Positions 26,683 to 40,593 of a DNA stretch of 64,000 nucleotides are shown in pieces. Source of the stretch: Piromyces finnis finn (taxonomy: Eukaryota > Fungi > Neocallimastigomycota); the NCBI GenBank assembly GCA_002104945.1, contig MCFH01000035.1:518567-582566 (forward strand), given 5' to 3'. Each line of letters starts with the position of its first letter. The first letter of the stretch is position 1. The notes under the pieces are model-generated. The model had not been told where the DNA came from and did not search any database. It worked only from the letters and a program-made list of their open reading frames with translations. The position numbers and the translations under genes are program-made.

Positions 26683-29600
26683 TTAAATATTACTATTTTA
26701 AACATATATAACAGTGCTTAAATAATAATATATTCAAAATATTAAAAATTAGTTTTTAATAAATTATTTGATAGTTTTATTAAATTATTTCTTTATAGAA
26801 TATTTCATTTATTAATCAAAAACCAGAACATCTAAAAAATAAAGATAAAATATTTATTTTTATTTATTTAAATAATATAAAATAATTATACACATATAAT
26901 ATACTATTTGCAAATTATTTAAAATAAAATAATAATAGTATTTATTCCAATACATATATGATTATATAAAATAATGTTTATTATTACAGCATTAATTCTT
27001 AATATATCTTCTATAATAAAATACCATTATACCATTGCAACATATAATTTAAAAGAAACAATACTAATAAAACAATAGTGCTCTTATGGATTTAGTATAA
27101 TTTATTCCAATGATATATAAAATAATTTCTATTTTTATTTAATAGTATTAAAGTTTTCTCTTTCTTTAATAGAGTAAATAGTTATTGTTGTAAATTCGGA
27201 AATATTTAAATTAATATATTGTGATACATTTTAGATATTTCCTTTTAAAGTAAATCATCTTTTATTTATTCCATTTTCATTAAATTTTTAAGTTCTTTAA
27301 TTTCATATATATATATTTGATTATATTTATTTTTCCTTTTTTCCTTATATCAACTAGGATATTAAACCAATTAAAAAAACAATAATAAATATATATGGAA
27401 ATATTTTATATATTTTATATATTATATATTACGAATATATTTTTGATAAAAACTATATAAAATAAGATTCTTTATTCATTTAACCACTTTTATTATTTTA
27501 GTAAATATTAAAATATGACCATGACATAAGATTATTTAATTTTATTATTATAATAAAAAAAAAGGATATGATCATATGATCTTTTATTCTCCAGTTATTT
27601 ATCAATTAATAAATTAACTTTTAATCCAATCTCATAGTAATATAATGATTCAACTATTTAGCAAAATTAATTAATAATATGTTTTTAAAATTTATATAAA
27701 AAAAATAATGATAACAATGATTTAATTTTTTATTTATTAAATTAATTTAATAAAACTTATTCGGAGAATATTTAGTTAAGAGTTCTAAAGTATATAGGTA
27801 GTTATTATTATAGACTATATATATATAATCCTAATATTATGTAGAAAAGAATCATATACATACATTCTTTGAATAACAAATAGTACAACACATGAAAAAT
27901 TAAAAATTCATTACAATAGAAAAACAAAATAAATTATAGAAAATATATCATACATAAAGTTAAAAATATGAAACATTTTTCTTTAATATTATTCTATTTT
28001 TTATTGCTTTAAATTTTTTATAACTTATTAATAGCCTATTTATTTTATAATATTAATGTCATTTTCATCTATTTAAAATTAACATATATAAGAAAATTTA
28101 AAAAAAAAAAAAATAAAAAATACATATATAATATAGTATAATAATAATTAATAATATATATCAAAAAAAAATTAAAATAGAAAATTAAATATCCTAATTA
28201 ATTATTGAAATTTTCTTTTTTATATAGATTTTTAAGAATTTATTATAACCACTTTATATCTTAAAAAATAAATTAATCTAGTGATTATGATCGATGATCC
28301 TTTATATGGAATTTAATTAATAAAGCTTAAAAATTAATCTTTTAAATAAAAAATTAATTATATATTAAATAAGGTTATGTACCTTGATATATATTATATA
28401 ATGAATAATATTATTACGATTCATAATATGTAATAAATTTATATTAATATTTAAATAATTTATTTATTGTAATATATTATATACTATTATATATGATTAT
28501 ATAAAACATATTAAAACAAAAAGTGACATGATATATAATTATAAAATTTATAAATATTGTAGTAAATGATAATTAACGATTCTCTTACAATATTACATTA
28601 GTAATTCTCTTTTGTAAAAGCTAAAAATTTATTATTACCGTACTTTTAAAGGATAAATTATTATATTAAAAATAAATTGAAGTATATCTTTAAAAAATAC
28701 TTTTTAATCTATTAAATAAAATAAGAAACAATATCTTTAAAAAATATACTAAATATATTGATAATATAGATTTAAATATATTAATATTAATCAATATATA
28801 AATTAATTGTTTAAAAAATATAAATTAAAAGAATTCATTAAAAAAATATATTAAATATATAAATATAATATGTTTAATATATATTAAAGCCATTCAACAG
28901 TATTAAATAAATTGAATTTAATATAATATATTATTTATATTTAAATTCTAAATATTATATACAAAAAAAAATTTTGGTAAGGTTTTTTTTATCTTACATT
29001 GGTAGACATTATTTCTTTTTTTTAATATATTAATATGAATAATACAATATAATTTACATATTGGGAAAATAATGGTTATCTTTTTTTTTATATTAACTTT
29101 TATATTAAATTTCTATATTAAATATGATTATATATATATTATTGTATTACAAATACAAATATATAAATCTTGTTGTTATATATTTATAAATATATAAAAA
29201 TTAATTTAATATAAATTAAAGTTAACTTTTTAATTACATTCTAATAAATTAAAATAAAAAAGATATAAACTTTATTTATTATTTAATTATTTAACTTTTA
29301 CTTTTTAGATTAATCAATATGTTTTAAATTATTGCAATTGTAATGAATACAATAATAGTTAACTTGATTATATTAATATTGTTATTAATATAAATTAATA
29401 CTATTTCATATATTAAAATATTTTATATAAATATATTATAATATATAGAATTAAACAATGTGTCATTGTTTTAATTATTTTTTAGGTAGGATTAATATTA
29501 TTTATACCACTTAATTTTTATATACGCGTTTCTATAAACTTTATTTATTATATTTTTAATGAATTATCATGTAATTTTCAATTACATCTATGACATAATA

Positions 29601-29967
29601 ATAAAAAAATCACTTCATATAAAATAAAAAAAAGATGCCTTTCATTTATATTTTTTTTTTTTATTTTTTTCTTATTATTAAATTTATTATTTTATTTTTG
29701 TTTTTTTAATACATAATTTTTTATTTAGTAAATAATATTTTTTATTTTATTATAAAAAAATATAAAATAAAAGAAATTATTTATTATCAAAAATAAAAAA
29801 AAACAAATAAAACTTCCTGGAGAAGAATAAAATAAAATTAATAAACAATAATAAATAAAAACAATTACAATTATAGAAAAACAAATATATTTTTTTTTGA
29901 TAAAAAAAATTTATTCAGTAAAATATTAAAAGGAATAAATAATCCAAAAAATAAAAAAAAAAAAAAA

Positions 29968-32900
29968 ATGAGATCTTATTTAAAGAAAATAAGTATTTTA
30001 GCTATAGCTGCTGCTGCTGCTAGTGCTGAACTTGTTAAAAGAGATCCATACTGGATCAAAATGGCAGATGTCATTCAACAAGTTAGACCAGATTTTTACT
30101 ATGGTGTTGCCACTACAAAGTCATTCTTTTCTAACCCAAAATACAAAGATATCATTTCTACTTACAACTTACATAGTAAATATTATTGGAACTATAATTT
30201 TTATTTTGGATTGAAAAAATAAAAAATATATTATTTAATTTAATTTATTAATATATATATTTATAATTTTTCATTTTTTTTTAAATAGCTGGTGGTAATG
30301 AATGTAAATTCTACACTATTCAAGGTACTCAAACTTTCAATACTAAACAATGTGATGATTCAATTGCTTTTGCTAAGAAATTCGGTGCTAAATTCCGTGG
30401 ACATAATCTTTTCTGGCCAGCCAACTCTCCAGTAAGTTTGAATATTTTTTATTGAAATTAATTTAAAATTAAAATATTAATATATTTTAGTTTTAAATTA
30501 ATTAAATTAATTATAAATAATTTTATTAAAATAAGATAATATTGTAAAATAAAAAAATGAAATAAGTGATATTAACAATTATTTATTAATAATTTTTTTT
30601 ATTTAAAGGATTGGTTCAAAAATTACAGTGATGATATTGAAGAAGTTAAAGCTTATTATCTTGACTATGTTGCCAAGGTTTTAGACCATTACAAAGATGA
30701 AGAAGATATCATCTACTGGGATGTTGTTAATGAATCCGTCACTGATGATTCTACTATCGATAAGTATAAGTTACGTTATGGTTCTGATAGAAGTAATGAA
30801 TTCAAGGGTTGGGATACTTACACTGAAGATATTTTCACTCTTGCTCGTGAACATACTAATCCAAATGTTAAATTAATTTACAATGATTATAATGCTGAAA
30901 ACAACAACGGTAACTTCAATGGTAAAACTGGTGCTGTTTACAAGTATATTAAGGAAATGAAAGAAAAGGGTATTCCAATTGATGGTGTAGGTTTACAAAT
31001 GCACATTTCTTGTAACTACACTCCAAACTACGAACAACTCACTGAATTAATTGATATGTACAAAGAAATCGGTGTTGAAGTTCATGTTACTGAAATTGAT
31101 GTCAGTATGAAGAATTGTAAAACTCATGACCAACAAAGAAAATTATATATGGATGTTTTCAGAGCTTGTTTTGATAATGAAAACTGTAAGGTTTTTACTG
31201 TTTGGGGTGCTTATGATACTGAATCATGGATTGGTGCTTCAAACGTTCCATTACCATTTGATGATGATATGTATCCAAAGGATATCTACTTTGATATGTT
31301 AGAATATGTTATGAAACAATTACCAGAAGATGCTACTTACCCAACTCCAACTGTTACTAAGCCAGTTGCTGAACCAACTTCTGCTGAAAATGAATTAAAA
31401 AATGCTAAATACATTGTTAAGCCAGGAGAATTTATGCTTAACGCTGCTTGGCAAGATTGGTCATGGGGTAACGATGAAAATAGTTTTGATGATGATGGTA
31501 ATTATCAAGCTACTTTCCAAGAAGAAAAATATGGTGCTCTCTCCCTTCACACTGGTGATACATTCAATGCTGGTAAGCTTCATTTAGAACTTAAGAGTGA
31601 TACTGAAGGTGCTCCAATCAACATTGTTGTTCACACTATTGAAGGTAATGAATTTGTTACTCTTGAAACTATTTCTAGCCCATCTACTGAAGAACTTGAA
31701 GCCTATGATATTGATGTTCCAGCTGTTTCTGGTGATAACTACAACAGAATTTCTATTCAAGATGCCTGGGGTAAAGCAATTACTGTTACTGTTAACAATA
31801 TTTACTTCATTCCATCTGAAGTTCCACAAGAAAATAAACCAATCAATACTAATGGCGAAAGATACGATCTTGTTAAGGAAGGTGATTACATGATTAATCC
31901 AAAATGGCAAAACTGGTCTTGGGGTGTTGAAAATAGCGAATTTGATGACGATGGTAATATGGTTAACTACATTGCTGCTGGTACTTATGGTGGTGTTTCC
32001 TTCAAGAGAGGAGATAGTAATACTTTTGGTAAGGGTACTTTCCACTTTAAGGCTATGGTTAACGACACTAATGCTCAAATTCAAGTATTATTCCACACTA
32101 CTGCTGATGAATATGTTGCTATCGGAAGTGTTAGCGATCTTTCTGACTCTGAATTAGTCGAATACACTCTTGAAGTTGATGAACCAACTGCTGAAAAGTA
32201 CGATAGATTCACAATTCAAGATGTTGCTAACAATGGTCTTGTTCTTACTCTTAATGATGTTTACTTCATTTCAGCTGCATCTGAAGCTCCAGAAACTTCT
32301 GTTAATACTGATGGTGAAAGATACGATATTGTTAAGGAAGGTGATTACATGATTGATGCTAAATGGCAAAACTGGTCTTGGGGTGTTGAAGATAATGAAT
32401 TTGATGATGATGGTAATATGGTTAACTACATTACTGCTGGTACTTGGGGTGGTGTTTCCTTCAAGAGAGGAGATAGTACTTTATTCGGAAAGGGTATTTT
32501 CCACTTTAAGGCTATGGTCAATGACACTAATGCTCAAATTCAAGTATTATTCCACACTACTGCTGATGAATATGTTGCTATCGGAAGTGTTAGCGATCTT
32601 TCTGACTCTGAATTAGTTGAATACACTCTTGAAGTTGATGAACCAGTCGCTGAAATGTACGATAGAATTACAATTCAAGATGTTGCTAACAATGGTCTTG
32701 TTCTTACTCTTAATGATGTTTACTTCATCTCCACTCCAGCTGAATCAGTTGAAGAACCAAGTACTACTGAACCAGTCGAAGAACCAACTGCCACTGAATC
32801 AGTTCAAGAACCAACTGAACCAGCTGTTGAACCAGAAATCAAGGGTACTAAGTATGATATTGTTAAGGAAGGAGCTGTCAATAGTGAATGGCAAAACTGG

Positions 32901-34109
32901 TCATGGGGTGTCAATGACAGTGAAATTGATGAAAATGGTGCTATGGCCAATGAACTTAATGCCGGTGATTGGGCTGGTGTTTCCTTCAAGAGAAGTGACA
33001 CTACCAAATTCGGTAAGTTCACTTTATACTTCAAGGCTATGGTCAGTGATCCAAAGGCTGTTATTCAAGTAATTCTTCACAACTCTGCTGATGAAGATGA
33101 TTCCCTCAATGTTGGTAGCTTCAAGGGACTTTCTGATTCTGAAATGAAAGAATACACTCTTGAAATTGATGAAGAAGCTAAATATGACAGAATTACTATT
33201 CAAGATATCTACAACAAGGGATACACTCTTTACCTTAATGATGTTTTCATTGTTATTCCAGAACAAGAATCTGAACCATCTACTGATGAAGTTAGCGGTA
33301 CTAAGTATGATATTATTAAGGAAGGAGCTGTCACTAGTGAATGGATGAACTGGTCTTGGGGTATCAATGACAGTGAAATTGATGAAAATGGTGCTATGGC
33401 CAATGAACTTAATGCCGGTGATTGGGCTGGTGTTTCCTTCAAGAGAAGTGACACTACCAAATTCGGTAAGTTCACTTTATACTTCAAGGCTATGGTCAGT
33501 GATCCAAAGGCTGTTATTCAAGTTGTTGTTCACAATTCCTCCGAAGAAGATGATTACACTACTGTCGGCAGTTTCAAGGGACTTTCTGACTCCGAAATGA
33601 AGGAATACAGTCTTGAAGTTGATGTCGATGCTAAATATGATAGAATTACTATTCAAGATATCTACAACAAGGGATACACTCTCTACATTAATGATGTATA
33701 CATTGTTGTTCCAGAAAAAGAAGATGAACCAATTGATGAAAACTGTTGGGCATCTGCTTTAGGTTTCACTTGTTGTAAGGCAACCAAGACTGTCGTTATG
33801 GAAGATGCTGATGGTGCTTGGGGTGTTGAAGATGGTTTCTGGTGTGGTATTGTTGAAGATACTGAAGATACTTGTTGGTCCTCTAAGATTGGTTATCCAT
33901 GTTGTAAGGAAAACAACGTTATTTACGCCATTGACTCTCAAGGTAGTTGGGGTTATGAAAATGATTCATGGTGTGGTATTTCAAAGGTTAACGAAGAATG
34001 TGAATTCAATACTCTTGGTTATTCTTGCTGTCCAGACGCTACTGTCGTTTATGAAGATGACCACAAATGGGGATATGTTAACAACCACTGGTGTGGTGTT
34101 ACCTTTTAA
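29968..34109 (+). CDS. Cellulosomal GH10 endo-xylanase: signal peptide, GH10, 5 CBM29-like repeats, 3 fungal dockerins (exons 29968-30175, 30289-30431, 30609-34109)
   Basis: GH10 motifs FRGHNLFW, WDVVNE (acid/base Glu), GVGLQMH, VHVTEID (nucleophile Glu). Five repeats of about 150 aa with W(Q/M)(D/N)WSWG. Three C-terminal CW...GYPCC...WG.E...WCG dockerins. The CBM29 family call is less certain than the GH10 and dockerin calls. Confidence 0.88.
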
Positions 34110-35016
34110 ATAAAATATATAGAGAAAACAACTCACTGAATTTAATTTTTTATTAAAAAAATCTTCCCATTTTGTTTTAATTTTAAAAGATTTAAATAAA
34201 ATATGATTATATAATATAAATATAAATAAACTTCTAAAATATATAATATATATTCTTTATAAAAATAAATAATAAATTACTTTCTATTTAATAAAAAAGA
34301 ATTTAATAATAAATATATAAAATATATATTATTTTTTTTTTTTTTAAATAAGATCCAAAAAGAAAAATAATAAGAAAAATAATAAGAAAAAATTTTTTTG
34401 GAAATACAATTAATAATAAAAAAAAAAAAGGAAAAGAAAGGAATAAAGAAAAAAACAAGCAAAAGGGAAGATAAATAAAAAAAAATAATAAACAAATAAA
34501 ATAAAAATAAAAAAAACAATAAACAAAAAATTATCATTATTAGAAGTTTTTTTTTTATAAAATTATACATAATAGATATAGAAATTATTGCAATAGAAAG
34601 ATAATATTATTAATTCGTTTGGTGGTATTAACAGCTTAATAGTAATATTCAAGTGTCCAAATGTAGTTATAATATTTTACGAAATTCTAATCTAACCATT
34701 TATCCATTAATATTTTAATTCAATGGTTAATGAAATAATAATTTAGATATAAAGAAAATGAAGAAGATCGATGATCGAATAAATGCTCTTAGTATAAATA
34801 GTTAAGGAAAAAATTAATTAAGCTTCAATTTTATATAAAACCTTTTTATTATTTTGATTTATAAAAAAGTTCACTTTTAAATGTTAATAAAGAATCAAAT
34901 AAAATTTAAAACTCAAATTATTAACAAAAGAATCTTAAATAAATTTTTAATAAATTTTTATTATTGTCTTTACAAAATTTTTTATCAAACCTTATTTAAT
35001 AATAAAATAATTCAAC

Positions 35017-38000
35017 CTATTCTCGAAACTCCTGATAATTATTAATGTAATTCTCTTGAGAAATAATGTATTTGGATCCTTTCTTCTCAATCTTTATTCC
35101 TAGAATATAGTTAATGAGACCACTATTTGATATTTTAAATTTACTTTTAATTTTGCTTATTTCTCTCTCTATTGTATTTGTTTTTCCAACTATAACCATG
35201 TCGTCTACATATAGACCAATTATACATTTTACGTATTTGTTTTCTTTTAACGTATAAATACATGGTTCGGATTTTAATGGTTTAAAGTTATTATTTTTCA
35301 GGAATTTATCTATTGTTTTATTCCATTGTCTTCCTGATTGTTTTAAACCATAGAGAGCTTTATTCAGCTTTCAGTATCCTCCCCCAAAGATGCTATCTCC
35401 AAGCGGAATTGTGGTGTAAATATCCATATATAATGGAGCATTGAAGTAGGCAGCTTTTATATCAAGCTGATATATATCCCACTTAAATTTTACAGCAATA
35501 GCAATAATAAATTTTAGACTGTCAATATTTAAAGTTGGAGAATAGGTTAAGTCAAAATCAATACCTTGTTTTTGACGGAAACCTCTGGCGACAAGTCTAG
35601 CTTTAAAACGTACTATTTTATTATTGCTGTCCCTTTTAACAGCAAAAACTCATTTTGTAGATATGATATTTTCATCTTCCAAGTTTGAATCATCCATAGA
35701 TTTATTGTTGTTCAGGATATAAGAATGAGAGTCACGTGTAATATCAGGAGAATCAGAAATTTTTGAATTTAAATTTATGTTATCATTAATATCCATATTA
35801 TCAGAGTTGGTAGAATTATCCTGTGTAACATTAGAATTTATGCTAGAATTATGACGTGGTTTATTTGATTTATCATCCAATAGAATGGCATCATTTTTAT
35901 TTTGAATTTTTGAATCAATTTTTGAAAAATTTTTATTAATAAAAATTTTTTCACGATGATCAGAAATTGAATTTTCAGTAAAATTATCACCAGCATTCTC
36001 GGTATAAAGAACATTTTTAGTGGTGAAGTCATCAGTTGAAGAATTATTATAATATTCATGATTTTTGATAATTTTATTTTTGTTTTTATCAGCAAGAGTT
36101 TTACCAAAACAAACGTTATCAGGACCAGGAGTTTCAGGATATTGGTATTTATTATTTTCGTTGATATTATTTGAAATTTTACAATTTTTCTTTTCGAAAT
36201 TGCAATTGTCATTTGCAATTTCTTCTAAAACTTTTAAAATGTCATTTGTGAATTTATAATTATTAAATTTCGAATTTGAATTATTATTTTTATTTTGAGT
36301 GTCTTCATTCATGTATAAAGAATTTGTTTTTGAATTGTTCATTAGATTACTTTTTGAACTTTCCTTAGTTTGAGAAATAATATTAGTCTTTTTATTACTT
36401 TCTTCCTCTTTCCTTTCAGTTTTTTCTTCTATTGTGTTGTTATATGTTAAATTTTCATCAACCAGGTCCTCGTCCATAGTACTTATATTATCTTCATTTA
36501 CCATTTTTTCTTCTTCTGCTTCTTCTTCTTCCTCTTTTACTTCTTCTGCGTTATTATTGTTGTTTGTTGATTCTGAGGGGTCCTTTTTGTCGTAATTGTT
36601 AATATTATATGAATCGTTGAAAGAGAAATACGGATCGTTTATATTTTTATTTTTATAGGTGTATTGTGCCGGCTTATCTTCACAGCATTCTATTTTCCTA
36701 GAATAGTGGATTTTAAGTTTATCACCACATATCTCCATGACGATATATGAATGATGTGCTTCAATGAACCCAAGAAATATTTCTTCCTTCGAGTTTGGCG
36801 CAAATTTTGATCTTTTTAGAGAATAGTCCTTAAAGTAGCATATGCATCCAAATACCTTTAGATATTTTAGATCGGCTTCCTCGTTCGTAAACACTTCATC
36901 AGGAATTAAATTATTGTTTCCTTGATGTAGTATTTTGTTGTAAATATAACAAGAATATTTAACAGCAAAACTCCAAAAGTCATCAGATATTTTAGCCCAA
37001 TATAAAAGTGTTTTAGCAGAATTTTGAATAGTTTGATTTATTCTTTCTGCTTTTCCATTTAATTCATGTATGTAAGGAAGTGAATTTATCTTCGATATAC
37101 CATTTTCCTTATAATATTTTATAATTTTACTGCAGTTATACTCTTTAGCACTATCTGTCTTGAATGTTTTGAATTTATATTTGTCAAAAGTATTATTGAT
37201 ATTCTTTAGTAATTCAATAATAATGTCCGGTGCCTCAGATCTTGACTTAAGAGTATAAATCCAAGGTTTTCTTGAGTATTCATCCAGCATAGTCATAAAA
37301 TATTTCTTATTATTTACGGATGAATTAAACAGGCCTGAAATATCAGAGTGAATAGTCTCTAGAACTCTTCCGGCTTTAGGTACGGTCTTGTTGTGGGGAA
37401 ACTTCTTTATTTTTGATATTTTGCAGTTTAGGCAAGGTGTTACTTTAATTTTATGTTGATTTAGATATTTCTTCAGATCCTTCTGGTAGAAATGGCCTAA
37501 TCTCTTATGTCATATACCTAAATCATCTTCAAAGTTTGCAATGAATGGTTCATTTATCTTTTTATTAATGTTTATGAGTTTAATTTTGAATTGGTTTAAT
37601 TTATTTGAATATGTTTGCATTATATTTTTATTTTCAGAGTCCTTGAAAATAAGTCTGACTTTCCCATCATCAGTAATATCTATAATGCTTCTTAAACCAA
37701 CTTTAGCAAGTCTTACACCACTAATTAAATTCTTGCTAACTTTATCTGAGTACAAAACTTTTTCTAACTTATAAGTTTTGTCTTTTATCTTAAACTCATA
37801 TGAACCATAACCACTAAATTCACAGGTAGTTCCATTTGCACATCTAAGTTGGATGTGTTCTTCTGTGAAGTTTTCTAAGATATCCTTATTATTAACAATA
37901 TGTTCGGCGGCACCAGTATCATAGAACCATTCGTTGTATTTATTTTCTCCATACACATAATCTATATTCTTTGTGTTAGGAGTGTCTTCCTCTGTAACTT

Positions 38001-39204
38001 CATCTTTTTCAATGAGGTAAATATTTCTTTCTGTTAGAGGTCTAATATCTTCAAATTCTACGTTAATGCCATAACTTTCATTGTCGTCATAGTCTTCGAT
38101 GATATCTACTTCTTGTTCGAATTTCTTTTGTTGTTTTTTCTTGTGAACTTGCCTCCCTTGTTGTGAATTTCTCTTTTGTTTACTTTGGTTAAAGGCCTTA
38201 TTGTTGTTTTTTCTTTCCATTTTGGCTTTTTGGTTGTATTCACACATTTCGGTAGAGTGACCATATTCACAGCAGATATGACAGTAAGTACGGTGGCTTC
38301 TATTTATATCTCTTCTGTTACCGTAGCTTTTATTCTTTGTTGATTTGTTTTCCCTACTAACAAAATCAACATCCATTGGATCATCAACTTCGTCATCTTC
38401 ATCTTGGTCGTTGTTAATCCAATCCTCGAAGTAGGATTTGGCATTGATGTAACTTTTGACCTTCTCATAGAGCTGATCAGAAGTTTCATCTAAAGTTACG
38501 TTCAATTGGTTCTTGACACTTCGTGGAAGGGAATTGTACATATATTTCAACTTTTCCCTTTCACTTAAGGACACTTTTTGCTCAGACATCTCAAGGAAGA
38601 TTTCCTTGATTTTATCAACGGTTTTACTGACTTTGCTTACATCTTCAGTATGTAATTTTCTTAATTTCTTTAGCCAGTATTCAATGTCTGCATTAGCGTT
38701 ACCGTATTTTGTATTCAACTTTTTGAATACTTGGTAACTATTGGAACTATGACCAATCTCTCTGAGGATCTTTTCATCCACATTTTGAATGATCATAAGG
38801 TAGGCATCAGCACTTAGCTTTTCAGCCGCTAATATAATCTCGGCCTTATAAATTGACAAGTTTGCCAATTTATTGGCGTCTACAACATTGTTATCAATGT
38901 TGCTGCTTGTATTAGCGTCCTCCCCCGTAGTCTTAAAGAGGGTTTTATAAACGGACGCAAGATTGCTATTAGGACGGTAGTCGGCGGCGTCAGCAATAAT
39001 CCTCATAATAGCCACATTATATTCATCTTTGAGACTAAGGTTTATCTCAAAGTTGTCTTCTTTAATGGTTCCAACTATGTCTTGTTCAAGGTAGCTAGTT
39101 AGACCCTGTCTAGTGGCGGCTGCCTTGATTAAAAGACTCCAAGTATCATAGTTGGACTTTCCATGAAGACGTTGGTCATTGGCTAAAATGAATTGTTTGG
39201 ACAT
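35017..39204 (-). pseudogene. Copia gag-pol, one reading frame with three TGA stops
   Basis: The frame continues through TGA at 37510-37512, 35650-35652 and about 35371-35373 with no frameshift. Confidence 0.85.
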
Positions 39205-39289
39205 ATTAAAATTTTTTTTTTAATACACAAAATTTTTGTAATTTTCTTAAGAAATTTTTATTATTGATTAGAGTTTGAGACTCTTAATC

Positions 39290-39429
39290 TGTGAAATAAA
39301 TTTAATTAATAAATAATTTTATTAAGGTTAACAAAGAGAAAAAGTTACATTGTAAACATTATAGGATGTAAGGTCATGTGACCATAGGAAATAAAATAAA
39401 ATAAATAAAAAATAACTATCTCTACAACA
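39290..39429 (-). repeat. Copia 5' LTR (140 bp, TGTTG...CACA on the minus strand)
   Basis: TG..CA termini and an adjacent PBS-like sequence. The partner LTR is absent, so the outer boundary is inferred. Confidence 0.6.
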
Positions 39430-39881
39430 CGTAGACATTACGTTTACAACACTTTTAATACATGTTTATGTTTTTATGAGTTAATCACGTGTATCATAAA
39501 TATATGATATAAATAAATAAAATTATGTGTCCATAAATGTTCACAATTTTATTTACTATTAATTAATTATATAATTTTACATTATTTAATTTTTATTTAT
39601 TAATTAATTATATGGAAAGTATAATTTTATTTAATATTATACTATAATTAAAATGTAGCCCATTTCAATGTGTAAGAAAAGACGTTATTATATACTTGTA
39701 TTATGATAATAATAAATATCAATAATTATTAATAATAAATAAATATATAATAATAAATAAACTTACACAAATAATTATTTATATAATTGTAATTATATAA
39801 TATTATAACTATTAGGTATAAAAATAATATAAAATTTTTTAATATTATATATTTAAAAACTTAGAGTCTATTAAAAATAAA

Positions 39882-39963
39882 CGTCAGCTGCAGGGTTTGA
39901 ACCTGCGCGGGCAGAGCCCATCAGATTTCAAGTCTGACTCCTTAACCACTCGGACAAACTGAC
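39882..39963 (-). tRNA. tRNA-Ser (anticodon TGA), 82 nt, no intron
   Basis: Reverse complement GTCAGTTTGTCCGAGTGGTTAAGGAGTCAGACTTGAAATCTGATGGGCTCTGCCCGCGCAGGTTCAAACCCTGCAGCTGACG: acceptor stem, D arm, anticodon arm TCAGA/TCTGA, long variable arm GGGC/GCCC, GTTCAAA T loop, discriminator G. Confidence 0.95.
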
Positions 39964-39974
39964 TTCACAGTTCT

Positions 39975-40593
39975 TGTCAAAAAGCGATTTTTTTATTAAA
40001 GAAAAGTGTGGTAAGCACACTAGTTATATTAATTAACAAATATAATACGCTTTCCTATTGAAGGCGTAAAGCTAATAATATTTATATAAAGAAAATTAAA
40101 TAATATTTTTATTTTAGCAATAACTTAATATCAGCATATATTAAGTTATTAAAAATATTAAAATTTTTAAAGTTTTAGGTTTTATAGAAGTTTATAAATT
40201 TTATTAACTTTAAGTTAAAAAATTACTAACGCTAAAGCTTCGTAATTTTTGTCAATTTTTGTTCTTTTTATACATGAACAATTTTAATTATTACATTTTT
40301 TAATTTTAATTAATTATTATCTAATTATAAAATATTTAATTTTTATAAATTAATAATTAATATAATTATTGTAAATAGTTAATAAATTTAAAATAAAATT
40401 TTTAATAATAAAATTTTAATAATTTTAAAAAATTTAATAATTTCAAATATTAGAAATTTTATACTTTGAAATTTTTTAATAAAAATTTAAAAAATAAATT
40501 TTTTCAAATTTTCAAATTTTCAAATTTTGAAAAAATTTTTAATTTTTTCCATGTGTCCAAATTTTTTAAATTTTTATATATGTTATTGTGACA
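39975..40593 (-). repeat. Element A 3' LTR
   Basis: TGTCA...TGACA; direct repeat of 52377-52995. Confidence 0.95.

Larger units (their letters stand above)
35017..39429 (-). mobile_element. 3'-truncated Ty1/copia LTR retrotransposon (5' LTR, gag, PR, IN, partial RT; no RNase H or 3' LTR)
   Basis: Domain order gag-PR-IN-RT. Knuckle CHICCEYGHSTEMC, PR YDTGAAEHI, GAG-pre-integrase HKRLGH, IN HSDISG/TDSAKEY/NGKAER, RT KARLVARGF, LKQSGRQW, YVDD. Homology is lost near 35020-35040. Confidence 0.9.

Noticed and set aside
31402-34113. Many short ORFs overlapping the GH10 gene on both strands, and similar ones over the other long ORFs
   Set aside because: Shadow frames produced by strong codon bias and repeats; no recognisable domains.
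34277-34570. 97-aa Phe/Ile/Lys-rich ORF, and similar ORFs at 6654, 7152, 7612, 38513 and 40527
   Set aside because: Translations of poly-A/T low-complexity DNA, or antisense to real exons.
28288-34780. GATCGATGATC occurring once upstream (about 28288) and once downstream (about 34766) of the GH10 gene
   Set aside because: Only two 11-mers with no flanking similarity; not enough for a regulatory or transposon-end call.
39882-39963. tRNA with anticodon TGA as a suppressor of the nearby copia TGA stops
   Set aside because: Anticodon UGA reads UCA (Ser). A UGA-stop suppressor would need anticodon UCA.
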